From: Clostridia bacterium
Lineage (GTDB): Bacteria > Bacillota > Clostridia > Oscillospirales > Acutalibacteraceae
Assembly (NCBI GenBank): GCA_017448285.1
Contig: JAFSLT010000070.1
Span: 3,501 to 67,500, forward strand
DNA: 64,000 nt
Direction: 5' to 3'
The notes under the pieces were generated by a model. It made no database searches. It saw nothing but the letters and a program-made list of their open reading frames with translations, and had not been told where the DNA came from. This document shows, one piece after another, positions 19,492 to 30,364 of this stretch. How positions within the stretch are numbered: the first letter of the stretch is position 1; each line of letters opens with the position of its first letter. Both the position numbers and the translations under genes were made by a program.

Positions 19492-19501
19492 AAAAACCGC
19501 C

Positions 19502-20974
19502 TCACTTTGCGTATTCTATAATTCTGTTTTCCCTCAACATGCTTACTCTTATTTGACCGGGATAATTTAAATTTTCTTCTATTTTTTTGCAAATATCTCT
19601 GGCAAGCACAATCATACCGTCATCCGTAACTTTATCGGGCGAAACCACCACCCTGACTTCACGCCCTGCCTGAATAACATAGCAGCGCTCGACCTCTTCA
19701 AAATTATTTACTATATTTTCAAGTTTTTCTATTCTTTTTGTGTAACTTTCCAGGTTTTCTCTTCTGGCACCCGGCCTGGAAGCCGAAATTGTATCGGCAG
19801 CTTTAACAATAATAGCCATTATGGACTCGGGTTTGCAGTCACCATGGTGCGATGCAACTGTATTTAGTACTTCTTTGGGTTCTGAATATTTACTCAAAAA
19901 TTTTGTGCCAAGCTCAACATGAGAGCCTTCCATGGTATAAGTCAGGGCTTTTCCGATATCATGAAAAAGCCCACATCTTTTGGCAAGTTTGGCATCAACA
20001 CCCATCTCAGAAGCCAAAAGTCCGGAAATATATGCAACTTCGACGGAATGCTGAAGAGCGTTTTGACCGTAACTTGTTCGATATTTCAGTCTGCCCAGTG
20101 TTTCCATAATTTCGTCATTTACCTCGCCGATTTGTAAATCAAAAATTATTTTTTGTGCCTCGTTTTTCATATCTTTTTCCATTTGCTTTTTTGCTTTTTC
20201 AACCATTTCTTCAATTTTAGTCGGCTGAATCCTGCCGTCAGATATTAATAGGGCGATTGCGGTTTTTGCAATTTCGCGCTTATATGGGTCAAATGACGAA
20301 AGCGTTATCGTTTCGGGAGTATCATCAATTATGAAATCTACACCGGTTAAAAGTTCCAAAGCCCTGATATTTCTGCCTTCCCGACCTATAATGCACCCTT
20401 TTATCTCGTCGCTCGGTAGCCTCACAACGCTCACAGAAGTTTCGTAAACATAATCGCTTGAGTACCTCAAAACAGCGTCCGCAAGAATCTCTCGGGCTAG
20501 TTTTTCTTTTTCCGATTTCAATTTTTCCTGAAAATTAATTATCGAAGTAGCTTTTTCGCGCGTTAAGTCGTTTTCCAACAATTCTATCATTTTTTTCTCA
20601 GCTTCTTTCGAAGTCATACGAGAAACCTTTTCAAGTTCTTTAAGTTCTTGATTTTTTATACTCTTTATTTTTAATAATTTAGTATCATATTCTTGAATTT
20701 TATTTTTTACTGTTTGTTCTAATTTTTCCGTAGATTTTATTTTTTCATCCAAAATATTTTTTTCGCTTTTAAGTTTCTCTTCCAAAAACTGAATATCTTT
20801 ATAGCGTTTATAATAATCTTGCATATATTCAGCTTCTTTTTTTGTATCATTCAATATTTTTTCAAAACTTATTTGTTCGTTTCGTATTTTATGTTTTATA
20901 TAATAAATTACAGCAAAAAATAATAAAATAAACAGCAAAATAAAAATTAACATTTCTGATAGTAACATAAACAT
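19502..20974 (-). CDS. rny: Ribonuclease Y
   Basis: N-terminal TM segment, coiled coil, KH domain (GREGRNIRALE) and HD domain (LFHDIGK). Start is uncertain: ATG at 20974, 20968 or 20953. The track TTG at 21028 is unlikely. Confidence 0.85.
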   Translation of the reverse strand: MFMLLSEMLIFILLFILLFFAVIYYIKHKIRNEQISFEKILNDTKKEAEYMQDYYKRYKDIQFLEEKLKSEKNILDEKIKSTEKLEQTVKNKIQEYDTKLLKIKSIKNQELKELEKVSRMTSKEAEKKMIELLENDLTREKATSIINFQEKLKSEKEKLAREILADAVLRYSSDYVYETSVSVVRLPSDEIKGCIIGREGRNIRALELLTGVDFIIDDTPETITLSSFDPYKREIAKTAIALLISDGRIQPTKIEEMVEKAKKQMEKDMKNEAQKIIFDLQIGEVNDEIMETLGRLKYRTSYGQNALQHSVEVAYISGLLASEMGVDAKLAKRCGLFHDIGKALTYTMEGSHVELGTKFLSKYSEPKEVLNTVASHHGDCKPESIMAIIVKAADTISASRPGARRENLESYTKRIEKLENIVNNFEEVERCYVIQAGREVRVVVSPDKVTDDGMIVLARDICKKIEENLNYPGQIRVSMLRENRIIEYAK

Positions 20975-21409
20975 CACACTATACACCCAATAAAATAAAA
21001 ATATTTTTTTAACAGATAAATTTTTCAAAAATTTCAGTAAAACCGGCTCAAATAAATTGTTTTAAATTGCTCTCTATTGAGGTTCCTGAACTATTATACA
21101 GATATACTTGATTTACGTCAATGCTCTTACTGAAATAAAAATCCCTGAAAACACACTATGGCTAAAATCGTAAATCTAAACGTTTTTCTAAATCTCTCTC
21201 CTTCCTTGATTTTACTTTGCAATTACTCTTTTACAGGCATTTTTTATTTACAATAAATTTGGTACTTCCTTAATTTTGGCAATACTGCCGGAAAGATTAA
21301 TAAGATAACATTATATCGAAGAAAATATTTCAATTTACTCAGAGTTGTGGCATTATTTTTAAATTTGTATATTATAAGAGAGCATAACTTTTGTTTTGGC
21401 GGTAAAATT

Positions 21410-22318
21410 TTGAAAAAATCTTTTTTTGAAAAACTTTTTTTTAAAAATCATGATTTAAAAAACCCTAAAATAAGAACAAAATTTGGTATTATCAGCGGTA
21501 TCGTCGGAATAATACTTAATTTATTGCTCTTTTTAGGGAAATTAATTGTAGGAATTTTATCTTCGTCGGTTGCGGCTACTGCCGATGCTTTTAACAATCT
21601 TTCCGATGCTGGATCGTCGATAATCACTCTTTTGAGTTTTAAAATTGCTTCAAACCCTGCGGATAAAGAACATCCGTTTGGGCACGGCAGGATTGAATAT
21701 GTTTCGAGCTTAGTTGTATCTATCGCAATAATAATAACAGGGCTCGGGTTTATTAAATCTTCGGTTGAAAAAATTTTTAATCCGGAAAATTTGGGCTTTG
21801 ATTTAATTTCGATGATAATTTTAATTTCTTCAGTTGTTTTAAAGCTTGTTATGTGGTGGTTTAATTCGTTAATTGGTAAAAAAATAAATTCTTTAACTGT
21901 TATTGCAACTGCTAACGATAGTTTATCCGATGCAATTGCAACCTTAACGGTTGTTGCCGGATTTTTTGTGTCACATTTTACAAGTTTTTACGTTGACCCT
22001 TACGCAGGTCTTGTTGTTTCGGCATTTATAATTTTTACTGGCAGCAGAACTCTTAAAGAATCTATAGGACCGCTTATGGGCAAAGCTCCGGACCAAAAAT
22101 TTATCGATAAGATAACAAAAATTGTGCTTTCGAACCCGGAAATTGAAAAAATCGAAGAAATTTCGGTTCATAATTACGGTCCGCACAAAAGCGCTGTTTC
22201 ACTCAGAGTTTGCTTGTCATCCAAGTTTGAACCTGGTAAAATAAATGAAATAATAGATAAGGTAGAAATCCAATTGGAAACTAAACTCGGCTGCAATGCG
22301 ATAATTCGCGCAAAATAA
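21410..22318 (+). CDS. Cation diffusion facilitator (CDF) family transporter
   Basis: ADAFNNLSDAGSS...HPFGHGRIEY motifs. There is no in-frame ATG, so the start is probably TTG 21410 (the track gives GTG 21347). Confidence 0.75.
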   Translation: MKKSFFEKLFFKNHDLKNPKIRTKFGIISGIVGIILNLLLFLGKLIVGILSSSVAATADAFNNLSDAGSSIITLLSFKIASNPADKEHPFGHGRIEYVSSLVVSIAIIITGLGFIKSSVEKIFNPENLGFDLISMIILISSVVLKLVMWWFNSLIGKKINSLTVIATANDSLSDAIATLTVVAGFFVSHFTSFYVDPYAGLVVSAFIIFTGSRTLKESIGPLMGKAPDQKFIDKITKIVLSNPEIEKIEEISVHNYGPHKSAVSLRVCLSSKFEPGKINEIIDKVEIQLETKLGCNAIIRAK

Positions 22319-22344
22319 ATTAAAATATTTAAAGCAGGAAATTT

Positions 22345-23541
22345 ATGAGACTTATTGATAATTATGTGAAAAATTTTGTTCAAAAATATTATGAAATTTT
22401 CGAACCTAAAGTTTTAAAAGCAGATGAATTATTAAAGAGTAAATCTTGCGTTGGGAGCGAAATGCTCGGTTGGCAGGATTTAAATTCAGATTTAGAGTAC
22501 ATAAAAAATATTGCTGAAGATATAAATTCAAAATCAGATTGTGTTTTAATTATCGGCATCGGCGGCTCTTACTTGGGCGCCAAGGTGGCAATTGATTTTT
22601 TAAGTCCTGTTTATAAAAATAAAATTTATTTTATTGGTTTTAATTTAGATTCTGAATATTTAAATAATATTTTAAAAAAAATAAAAGATAAAAAAATTCA
22701 TGTTGTGGTAATTTCCAAATCAGGTAATACTATCGAAATTAAAACTACTTTAGATATAATTATTAATTTTATCAAAAAAAAATATAATCAAGATTTACAT
22801 AAATATTTTACAGCTATAACAGGTAAAAAAGGATTTTTAAGAAATTTTGCAGAAACTAATAATTGGCAAATTTTAGATATTCCTGAAAATGTTGGCGGCA
22901 GATTTTCTGTTTTAACTAATGTAGGGCTTTTGCCGATTGCGCTTGCAGGTGCTGATATTAAAAAAATTGTTTTGGGCGCTAAAGAAATGCAAAAAAATTT
23001 GGAAAATTTAGACAGTGATTGCCATAAATATGCTATTATCAGGAACGTTTTGTATAAAAATGGTCTAAAAATTGAACTTTTTGCATCATTTAATACACGT
23101 ATGCTTTCTTTTATGGAATGGCTCAAGCAATTATTTGGTGAAAGCGAGGGCAAAGAAGGAAAAGGACTTTTTCCTGCATCGGTGCTTTTTTCCACTGATT
23201 TACATTCTTTAGGACAATTTATACAGGAAGGCTCAAAAATATTGTTTGAAACTATATTTTTTGTTAAAAATTTGAAATATAATTTAAAATTATCAGAAGA
23301 TTTTAAAAATTATAAAAGTATCAACGAGATAAACGAAAAAATTTTTAAGAGCACTGTGCTTGCGCATTATAAAGGTAAAGTACCTTGCAATATCATTGAA
23401 ATTGAGGAATTTTCCGAATTTGAACTTGGCAGATTAATTTATTTTTTTGAATTTTCCTGTGCACTTTCATCATTAATGCTTGGAGTTAATCCGTTTAATC
23501 AGCCCGGTGTTGAAGTTTATAAAAAAATAATGGTTAATTAA
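22345..23541 (+). CDS. pgi: Glucose-6-phosphate isomerase (short form)
   Basis: GIGGSYLGAKV, GGRFSVLTNVGLLP and ESEGKEGKG motifs. Confidence 0.8.
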   Translation: MRLIDNYVKNFVQKYYEIFEPKVLKADELLKSKSCVGSEMLGWQDLNSDLEYIKNIAEDINSKSDCVLIIGIGGSYLGAKVAIDFLSPVYKNKIYFIGFNLDSEYLNNILKKIKDKKIHVVVISKSGNTIEIKTTLDIIINFIKKKYNQDLHKYFTAITGKKGFLRNFAETNNWQILDIPENVGGRFSVLTNVGLLPIALAGADIKKIVLGAKEMQKNLENLDSDCHKYAIIRNVLYKNGLKIELFASFNTRMLSFMEWLKQLFGESEGKEGKGLFPASVLFSTDLHSLGQFIQEGSKILFETIFFVKNLKYNLKLSEDFKNYKSINEINEKIFKSTVLAHYKGKVPCNIIEIEEFSEFELGRLIYFFEFSCALSSLMLGVNPFNQPGVEVYKKIMVN

Positions 23542-23617
23542 ATTTTATTTAATTAATTATTCTCTCAGGGACGCCAGAAAAAAATTTTAAAATTTTTTAT
23601 TTTTTTGCAAATTTTGC

Positions 23618-23646
23618 TTGACAAATTTTTTCCATTGTTATATAAT
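23618..23646 (+). promoter_or_regulatory. Leader-family promoter block
   Basis: cTTGACAaatttt, 17 bp spacer, TATAAT (23641..23646). Confidence 0.6.
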
Positions 23647-23711
23647 CGAGATATCTGAAGCATTGCTTTTCTCAAAATATTATTCAAAATCTTAATTAAG
23701 GTGGTTCCTGT

Positions 23712-24395
23712 ATGAAGAAATTTGGTAGAGATAAAGTCGCGTTATTTCTTGCGTGTGCGTCAGTTTTAGGTAGTAAAACCCATGCTATGGATAAAAACAA
23801 AGCTCAAAACCCGCAAATCGCTGTGGAAGTAAGGAAGAAGGCAAGTTCTTGTTCTAAAGAAATACCTAATTGGTTAAAGATTTTAACGGATATTATGGAT
23901 ATTTTAGGAGTTGCTTCGGCAGTTGAGCTTTACAACGAAATTATGGGCGGAATTTATGGTACAAATTGGTATTTGGGCAAATATTCTATTGTGAATTATC
24001 TTAGACAGCAAAGTGAACATTTAGATGCTTTATTGAAAAAATTTAAAGATGCATCTAAAGAATCCACAAAATCCAATGAATATTTTTTGAAACGCAGGCA
24101 ATTTTTAATTGATATTTATACAAGTGTTTTTAAAGGACAATATAATTTTATTACTAAAGATAAAGGGCAAATTGAAAAACTAAAGTCAATTATAAGTTTT
24201 ATTCTTGAACCAAATATTGCAAAAAATATAAAAGTTCGACTTCATGAATACGGTAAAAACAATCTAGCATACAGATTCTGTATTGATGAGAAAGAAGAGT
24301 TTGAATTGTTAAAGAGAAAAAATAGTGCTTTTTTATTTTTTAATAATGAAGGAGTTCTTAAAATCGATTTGCAAGAAGTCAAACACAAAAATTAA
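23712..24395 (+). CDS. Leader-family protein (function unknown)
   Basis: Leader MKKFGRDKVALFLACASVLGSKTHA. The NEIMGG...GKYSIVNYL block is paralogous to the gene at 34924. Confidence 0.7.
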   Translation: MKKFGRDKVALFLACASVLGSKTHAMDKNKAQNPQIAVEVRKKASSCSKEIPNWLKILTDIMDILGVASAVELYNEIMGGIYGTNWYLGKYSIVNYLRQQSEHLDALLKKFKDASKESTKSNEYFLKRRQFLIDIYTSVFKGQYNFITKDKGQIEKLKSIISFILEPNIAKNIKVRLHEYGKNNLAYRFCIDEKEEFELLKRKNSAFLFFNNEGVLKIDLQEVKHKN

Positions 24396-24458
24396 AATAA
24401 CTTGTAAAGCCATGATATGAATTAAATTCTTTTTAAAACTGAAAAATTGAATTAAAAA

Positions 24459-24487
24459 ATTTCTCTCTGGCTATGCCGGAAAGAAAT
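24459..24487. repeat. PE copy (slightly degenerate)
   Basis: atttctctctggctatgccggaaagaaat. Confidence 0.75.
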
Positions 24488-24562
24488 TTTTAACATTAAT
24501 TTACGAAATCATTAATTAATTTTTCCGTACTAATTTTTATTATTTAAAAATCGAACAAGTCA

Positions 24563-24586
24563 TTTCTCCGGCGACGCCGGAGAGAA
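24563..24586. repeat. PE copy
   Basis: tttctccggcgacgccggagagaa. Confidence 0.85.
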
Positions 24587-24689
24587 CAATTAAGTATTGA
24601 GTTTTGATGCAATTTTGTTAATTATTTTCATACTTATTTTATCAACTCTATCTTCATCGCTTAAAATAAAGTTTGAAGCGAACATTAAT

Positions 24690-24980
24690 TTAAATTTTAA
24701 CACTTTCAAACGTAATATTAAATTCACGAACAACCTCAGAAGTAGGTTTAGCAACCCCATCCTCAATATCACTTTCTTTTGTGTCCCTTGCATAATTTTC
24801 CACTCTCATTTTTAATGTTTTAAAATCATCAGACAATTCTAATATTCTCTTAGTTGGCGATTCAGATGTACAATCAATAGCATAATTACGTTCGAACTGC
24901 AACGTATTAATAGCACCTACTTTTCCGCATATCGATGCCAACAAACATGCAACCGCTAAACCTTTTCTGTTCTTTGACAT
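24690..24980 (-). CDS. Small leader-family protein, possibly truncated by a frame break
   Basis: Leader MSKNRKGLAVACLLASICGKVGA after RBS GGGGGTG. A protein-like reading continues in another frame down to 24590. Confidence 0.55.
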   Translation of the reverse strand: MSKNRKGLAVACLLASICGKVGAINTLQFERNYAIDCTSESPTKRILELSDDFKTLKMRVENYARDTKESDIEDGVAKPTSEVVREFNITFESVKI

Positions 24981-25038
24981 AAACGCTTCACCCCCAAAAA
25001 TTTTTATTTATTTGTCCACCGTAAAACAGACTACATTT

Positions 25039-25067
25039 ATTCTATCAAAACAAGATAAGTTTGTCAA
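25039..25067 (-). promoter_or_regulatory. Leader-family promoter block
   Basis: On the minus strand: aTTGACAaact, 17 bp spacer, TAGAAT. Confidence 0.55.
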
Positions 25068-25134
25068 TCATATTTTTGAGGTATTGTAAAAAAAACAGAT
25101 ATTCTCCCCGGCAACGCCGAATAAGATGGCGTTA

Positions 25135-26535
25135 TTAAAAAATATCAACTGGTAAAAATTGTTTATTTTTTATAATAAAAATCCTATTTGCAATTAATTT
25201 TATTTCATTATGTGAATGCGAAATAATTATTATTGTTTTATCTTTATTTAGTTTTGAAATTAAATTCATAAATCTCTTAATAGCAAATAAATCAAGTCCC
25301 GCTGTAGGTTCATCGAAAACTAAAATTTCAGGTTCCATAACTAAAATTCCGGCGATGGCCACCAATCTTTTTTCTCCTCCAGAAAGTTCAAACGGAGAAT
25401 TATTTATTTTTTCTTTATTAAATCCTAAAAAATTCAAAATCTCAATTGACTTTTCCTCAGCTTCACTTTTAGAAATTCCAAAATTTTGCGGTCCAAAACT
25501 TACATCTTTTAAAACGGTTTCAGCAAACAACTGATTTTCTGGTGATTGAAAAACAATTCCAATTTTTTTTCTTAAATCTAAATTATTATATAATTTATTA
25601 TTAATTAAAATTTGCCCACTTGTAGGTTTAATTAAGCCTTTAATAATTTTAGCAAAAGTAGATTTTCCACTACCTGTATTTCCAATAATACCAACAATTT
25701 CATTTTTAAAAATTTTTAAATTAACATTTTCAAGTATAAAATCATTTTTTTTATCATATTTATAACTAATATTTAAAAATTCTAGGCAAACTTCTTTTTT
25801 TTTATCAATTCTATCAATATTATTAATAATTTTTAAATCGTTTTTTTGTATAAAATATCCATCGATAATTTTTGGCTCGCCTTGCAAAATAATTTTTCCA
25901 GAATCTAATATGAAAACTTTATTAGCTTTTTTAGCTTCGTCCATATGATGAGTTAATAAAATTATAGTCATATTTTTTTCTTTATTTAACTTTATAAGCT
26001 CATCCATAATCATATCACAACTTTCAGGGTCCATCATCGAAGTTGGCTCATCTAAAACTAAGCATTCCGAACCCATTGCCAAAACTCCGGCAAGAATAAG
26101 TTTTTGTTTAGTTCCACCCGAAAGTTCATTAACATCATAAGATTTATATTCAAAAATGCCTAATTTTTTAAGCACACAATCAATTTTTTCGCGCATTATT
26201 TCACGTTTGATACCTAAATTGGAAAGCCCGAAAGCAATATCTTCTTCAGCAGTGCTGGCAACAATTTGCTCATCTGGATCTTGAAACATAAATCCCACTT
26301 TTTGGCGTATATTATATAAATTTCTGCTATCTTTGGTATTCATTCCATCAAACCAAACATCGCCAAAATCCGGCAGCAGCAAACCGTTTATATGCCTTGT
26401 TAAAACAGATTTGCCACTACCATTTTTGCCAACAATAGATATAAAATCACCAGGATTTACAACAAACGAAACATCATCAAGAATTTTTTTGTTATTATAA
26501 AAAGAACTGACGTTTTTAAATTCTATTTTACACAT
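25135..26535 (-). CDS. ABC transporter ATPase with two fused ATP-binding cassettes (ECF/cobalt type)
   Basis: Two Walker A motifs (GKNGSGKS, GNTGSGKS) and two signature motifs (LSGGTKQK, LSGGEKRL). Confidence 0.8.
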   Translation of the reverse strand: MCKIEFKNVSSFYNNKKILDDVSFVVNPGDFISIVGKNGSGKSVLTRHINGLLLPDFGDVWFDGMNTKDSRNLYNIRQKVGFMFQDPDEQIVASTAEEDIAFGLSNLGIKREIMREKIDCVLKKLGIFEYKSYDVNELSGGTKQKLILAGVLAMGSECLVLDEPTSMMDPESCDMIMDELIKLNKEKNMTIILLTHHMDEAKKANKVFILDSGKIILQGEPKIIDGYFIQKNDLKIINNIDRIDKKKEVCLEFLNISYKYDKKNDFILENVNLKIFKNEIVGIIGNTGSGKSTFAKIIKGLIKPTSGQILINNKLYNNLDLRKKIGIVFQSPENQLFAETVLKDVSFGPQNFGISKSEAEEKSIEILNFLGFNKEKINNSPFELSGGEKRLVAIAGILVMEPEILVFDEPTAGLDLFAIKRFMNLISKLNKDKTIIIISHSHNEIKLIANRIFIIKNKQFLPVDIF

Positions 26536-26547
26536 TTTTAATAATTG

Positions 26548-28140
26548 TTAATTTTGATTACCAGCTTTTAATGAATCAACATATTCTTCAAGTTCACTTT
26601 TTATAACCGTAACTTTCGGCCCATAAATTATCTGAACGCCCTGCCCGCTGACCAAAACTCCAGCAGCATTTGCACTTTTTAAAATTTTTTGGTCAATTTT
26701 GCTGGCATCTTTAACAGTTAATCTCAGTCTTGTTGCACAGCAACCAATATCTGCAATATTGTCAGCTCCGCCAAGGCCCTCGACCAAAACTGCCGATAAA
26801 TTTGAACTTTTAGCAGCGTCATAATCTTTTCTGGTAAACAATTTCGATTCAACTTCGTCCTCTTCACGCCCCGGCGTCATTAAATTCATTTTTTTAATCA
26901 AAAATTTAAATAATAAATAATAAACAACAAAATAACACAATCCCACCGGCAAAATCATAAGCCAATTTGTCTTGTTGTTGCCTTGAATTACGCCGAACAG
27001 GACTAAATCTATTATTCCGCCTGAAAAAGTCATCCCGACGGCGACGTTTAAAAGGTGCATAAGCATGAACGAAAGCCCTGCAAAAACGCAGTGAATTGCA
27101 TACAAAACGGGCGCGACAAACAAAAAAGTAAATTCAATCGGCTCAGTTATTCCTGTAAGCATTGCAGTCAAAGCGGCTGAAAGCAATAATCCTCCAACTG
27201 CTTTTTTCTTGTTCGATTTTGCAGTCTGATACATTGCAAGCGCAGCGCCAGGTAGCCCGAAAATCATGAACGGGAACTTTCCGGTAAAAAATCTTGCCGC
27301 ATCAACGCTGAATTTTGTAGTATTTGGCGAAGCAAGCTGAGCAAAAAAGATATTCTGAGCACCCGAAACAGTTGTACCGTCAATTTGCATAGTTCCGCCC
27401 ATCGCAGTCTGCCAAAACGGCATATAGAAAACGTGATGAAGCCCAAACGGAATCAATGATCGCTCGATAACGCCGTAAATAAAAGTGCCTATATATTGCG
27501 ATTTTACAACAAGTGAGCTAAACCAAAGCATCATATTTTGAACAGACGGCCATATAAAATACATTAAAATTCCGACAAACATGTAAACAACCGATGAAAT
27601 TATCGGAACAAACCTTACTCCGCCAAAGAATGAAATAACATCAGGCAGCTTTATTTTATAAAATTTATTATGCAAATACGCAACACCTAAACCGACGATG
27701 ATTCCGCCAAAAACCCCCATATTAAGCGATTTGATTCCGCAGACTTCCGAGACTGTGCCCAAAGGCAAACTGTCAATTATTCCATTTAAACCAAGTAAAA
27801 CCGAAACAGTTTGATGCATGACAAAAAATGCAATAAGAGCCGAAAGCGCTGCAACTGCATGCTCATTAACAGCCATACCGATTGCAACCCCTAAGGCAAA
27901 AATTATCGGGAGATTTGCAAAAACAATATTACCAACCTGACTCATAAGAGTGAAAATCGAATACCAAATCGTGCCTTCGCCCATAGTATTTAAAAGTCCC
28001 ATAGAACTTAGCATTTGTGGATTCGTAAACGAAGCGCCTATCCCTAATAAAAGTCCTGCAATCGGCAGCAAAGCTATCGGCAGCATAAAAGACCTGCCAA
28101 CATTTTGAAGAACACTAAAAAATTTATTGTTACTTGTCAT
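26548..28140 (-). CDS. PTS glucose/N-acetylglucosamine-family EIICB component
   Basis: 530 aa polytopic EIIC plus a C-terminal EIIB with CATRLRLTV. Confidence 0.85.
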   Translation of the reverse strand: MTSNNKFFSVLQNVGRSFMLPIALLPIAGLLLGIGASFTNPQMLSSMGLLNTMGEGTIWYSIFTLMSQVGNIVFANLPIIFALGVAIGMAVNEHAVAALSALIAFFVMHQTVSVLLGLNGIIDSLPLGTVSEVCGIKSLNMGVFGGIIVGLGVAYLHNKFYKIKLPDVISFFGGVRFVPIISSVVYMFVGILMYFIWPSVQNMMLWFSSLVVKSQYIGTFIYGVIERSLIPFGLHHVFYMPFWQTAMGGTMQIDGTTVSGAQNIFFAQLASPNTTKFSVDAARFFTGKFPFMIFGLPGAALAMYQTAKSNKKKAVGGLLLSAALTAMLTGITEPIEFTFLFVAPVLYAIHCVFAGLSFMLMHLLNVAVGMTFSGGIIDLVLFGVIQGNNKTNWLMILPVGLCYFVVYYLLFKFLIKKMNLMTPGREEDEVESKLFTRKDYDAAKSSNLSAVLVEGLGGADNIADIGCCATRLRLTVKDASKIDQKILKSANAAGVLVSGQGVQIIYGPKVTVIKSELEEYVDSLKAGNQN

Positions 28141-28173
28141 GTAATCGCTCCTAAGTTATAATTATAATAAAAA

Positions 28174-28647
28174 TTAATTATTTTTATAAGTTGCTATTGT
28201 GTCACTTCCAGCCTGAACACGACCAAATTTAAAATCAACTTTAAATTCATCTAAGTTCATAAAAATTATCGGCGTGCAAGTTGAATAGCCTTTTTTAGAT
28301 ATAAAATCGAAATCTATCTCCGCAATGACATCACCTTGTTTTAATTCTTGTTTCTCTAAAATTTTAACGTCAAAGCCTTCACCGTTTAATTTTACTGTGT
28401 TAATCCCAACATGAACAAGAATTTGCAAATTATCTGTACTTTTCAGAACAAAAGCATGCTTTGTATCAAAAATTTGTTCAATTTGACCATCAAAAGGGGC
28501 AATTAATTTATTGCTTTCCGGCATAATTGCTAAGCCTTCGCCGACAATTTTTTTTGCAAAAGCTTCGTCGGGAACTTCTTCAATTGGAATAACTTGACCA
28601 TCAAAAGGGGCAAAAACGCTTCTTTTTTTGTTAAAAAAACCAAACAT
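28174..28647 (-). CDS. crr: PTS glucose-family EIIA
   Basis: HVGINTVKLNGEGF active-site region. Confidence 0.85.
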   Translation of the reverse strand: MFGFFNKKRSVFAPFDGQVIPIEEVPDEAFAKKIVGEGLAIMPESNKLIAPFDGQIEQIFDTKHAFVLKSTDNLQILVHVGINTVKLNGEGFDVKILEKQELKQGDVIAEIDFDFISKKGYSTCTPIIFMNLDEFKVDFKFGRVQAGSDTIATYKNN

Positions 28648-28655
28648 ATAAACTC

Positions 28656-30326
28656 CTAAAGTTTTGAAATAATTTGTTCTTTTATTAATTTTACATTGGT
28701 TTCCCTCACTTTCCGGCGTATTCCCAAAATAAACGGCGCCGACATTGAAAGTTCATCAATGCCAAGCGCCAAAAAAACTTCGGTCATACGCTCATCAGCG
28801 GCAATTTCGCCGCAAATTCCAACTCTGATTCCTGCCGATTTTGCATTTTCGCAGACCATTTTAATCATTCTGAGAATTGCTCTGTGCTGAGGATTAAACA
28901 TAAAATTAACTTTATCGTTTTGTCTATCGACTGCCAAAGAATACTGAACCAAATCGTTTGTGCCGATGCTAAAGAAATCAACTTCTTTGGCCAAAATATC
29001 GCTTATAAAAACCGCTGCCGGAGTTTCAATCATAATTCCAATTTTTATATCTTTTTTGTAATCTAAATTTTGCTTATCAAGCTCGAGTTTGCATTCTTTG
29101 ATAATTTCTTTTGTTCTTAAAATTTCATCGAGAGAAGAAATCATCGGGAACATTATTTCAATGTTGCCAAACGCCGAGGCGCGCAAAATAGCTTTAATAT
29201 GAGTTTTAAACATTTCAGGCCGATCAAGACAAATTCGAATGCCTCGATAACCCATGGCAGGGTTAACTTCTTTTGGCATATCAAAGTAATCTATTCTTTT
29301 ATCGGCACCGACGTCTAAAGTTCTGATAACTACATGCTTATCGCCCATTTTTTTTGCAATACTTTTATAAATTTTAAACTGCTCTTCTTCGGTCGGATAA
29401 TTACGGCGATTCATAAAAATAAATTCGCTCCTGAAAAGACCGATTCCACTGGCGTCAACTTCTTTTAAAATTTTTATGTCGCAAATATGACTCACATTTG
29501 CAGAAAGCCTGATTTTTTGCCCGTCGATTGAAACATCCTCTTTGCCCTTAAAACTTGATAAAAGCTCTTCCTGCTTATCGCAAAGCTCTTTTTTCTTTTT
29601 TAAGCGCCTAACCGTCGTGCTATCCGGCGACACATAAACAACACCCGCAAAACCGTCGATAATAACATCGCAATCTTCAAATTCAGGTTTCAACTGGCTT
29701 CCGAGCGAAACTACAGACGGAATTTTCATCGACCTTGCCAGAATAGAAGTATGCGAGTTTTTAGAGCCAAGCATAGTAATAAAACCCTTTATGTACTTGC
29801 CATTAAGTTCCAAAAGCTCGCTCGGAGAAATATCATCACAGCCGATAATTAAAGATTTTTTATCATTTGATGATTTATTGTTAACACTATTATTGCCCAT
29901 GCAATTTATTATTCTGCGCGAAATATCCCTGATATCTCCTGCTCGCTGCTGCATGTATTCGTTATCCATGCTTTCAAACTTTTTTTCAAATTCGCGCGAC
30001 GTAAACCATACGGCATATTCAGCGTTTGCTTTTTCATCATTTATTATATTTATAACCGAATTTGAATAATCTATATCTTCAATCATCATTTTATGAACAT
30101 TAAATATCATGGCATGCTCTTCGCCAACATCGTCGAGCGCATTATTATAGAGCTCATCAAGCTGTTCTAATGCAAGTTTTTTGGAATTTTTAAATTTTAA
30201 AATTTCGGCCTCAAGATCTTCCGTAAAGCGCTTTACCGAATACGCATCAAAAAAAACTTTTTTATAAGCTTTAAGTTTGCCAAAAACAATACCTTCGGAA
30301 ACTGCGATACCCTTTAAAATGTTCAT
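28656..30326 (-). CDS. ptsI: PTS enzyme I
   Basis: 556 aa with GSKNSHTSILARS and GTNDLVQY motifs. Confidence 0.95.
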   Translation of the reverse strand: MNILKGIAVSEGIVFGKLKAYKKVFFDAYSVKRFTEDLEAEILKFKNSKKLALEQLDELYNNALDDVGEEHAMIFNVHKMMIEDIDYSNSVINIINDEKANAEYAVWFTSREFEKKFESMDNEYMQQRAGDIRDISRRIINCMGNNSVNNKSSNDKKSLIIGCDDISPSELLELNGKYIKGFITMLGSKNSHTSILARSMKIPSVVSLGSQLKPEFEDCDVIIDGFAGVVYVSPDSTTVRRLKKKKELCDKQEELLSSFKGKEDVSIDGQKIRLSANVSHICDIKILKEVDASGIGLFRSEFIFMNRRNYPTEEEQFKIYKSIAKKMGDKHVVIRTLDVGADKRIDYFDMPKEVNPAMGYRGIRICLDRPEMFKTHIKAILRASAFGNIEIMFPMISSLDEILRTKEIIKECKLELDKQNLDYKKDIKIGIMIETPAAVFISDILAKEVDFFSIGTNDLVQYSLAVDRQNDKVNFMFNPQHRAILRMIKMVCENAKSAGIRVGICGEIAADERMTEVFLALGIDELSMSAPFILGIRRKVRETNVKLIKEQIISKL

Positions 30327-30364
30327 TTATTCCTCTAAAAAATTAAAATCGGTGTTTTGTAATT

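Noticed and set aside
20975-21346. A possible riboswitch or leader in the 320-bp AT-rich region between rny and the CDF transporter gene
   Set aside because: I could not recognise any conserved riboswitch core or stable stem pattern. It probably holds only divergent promoters.
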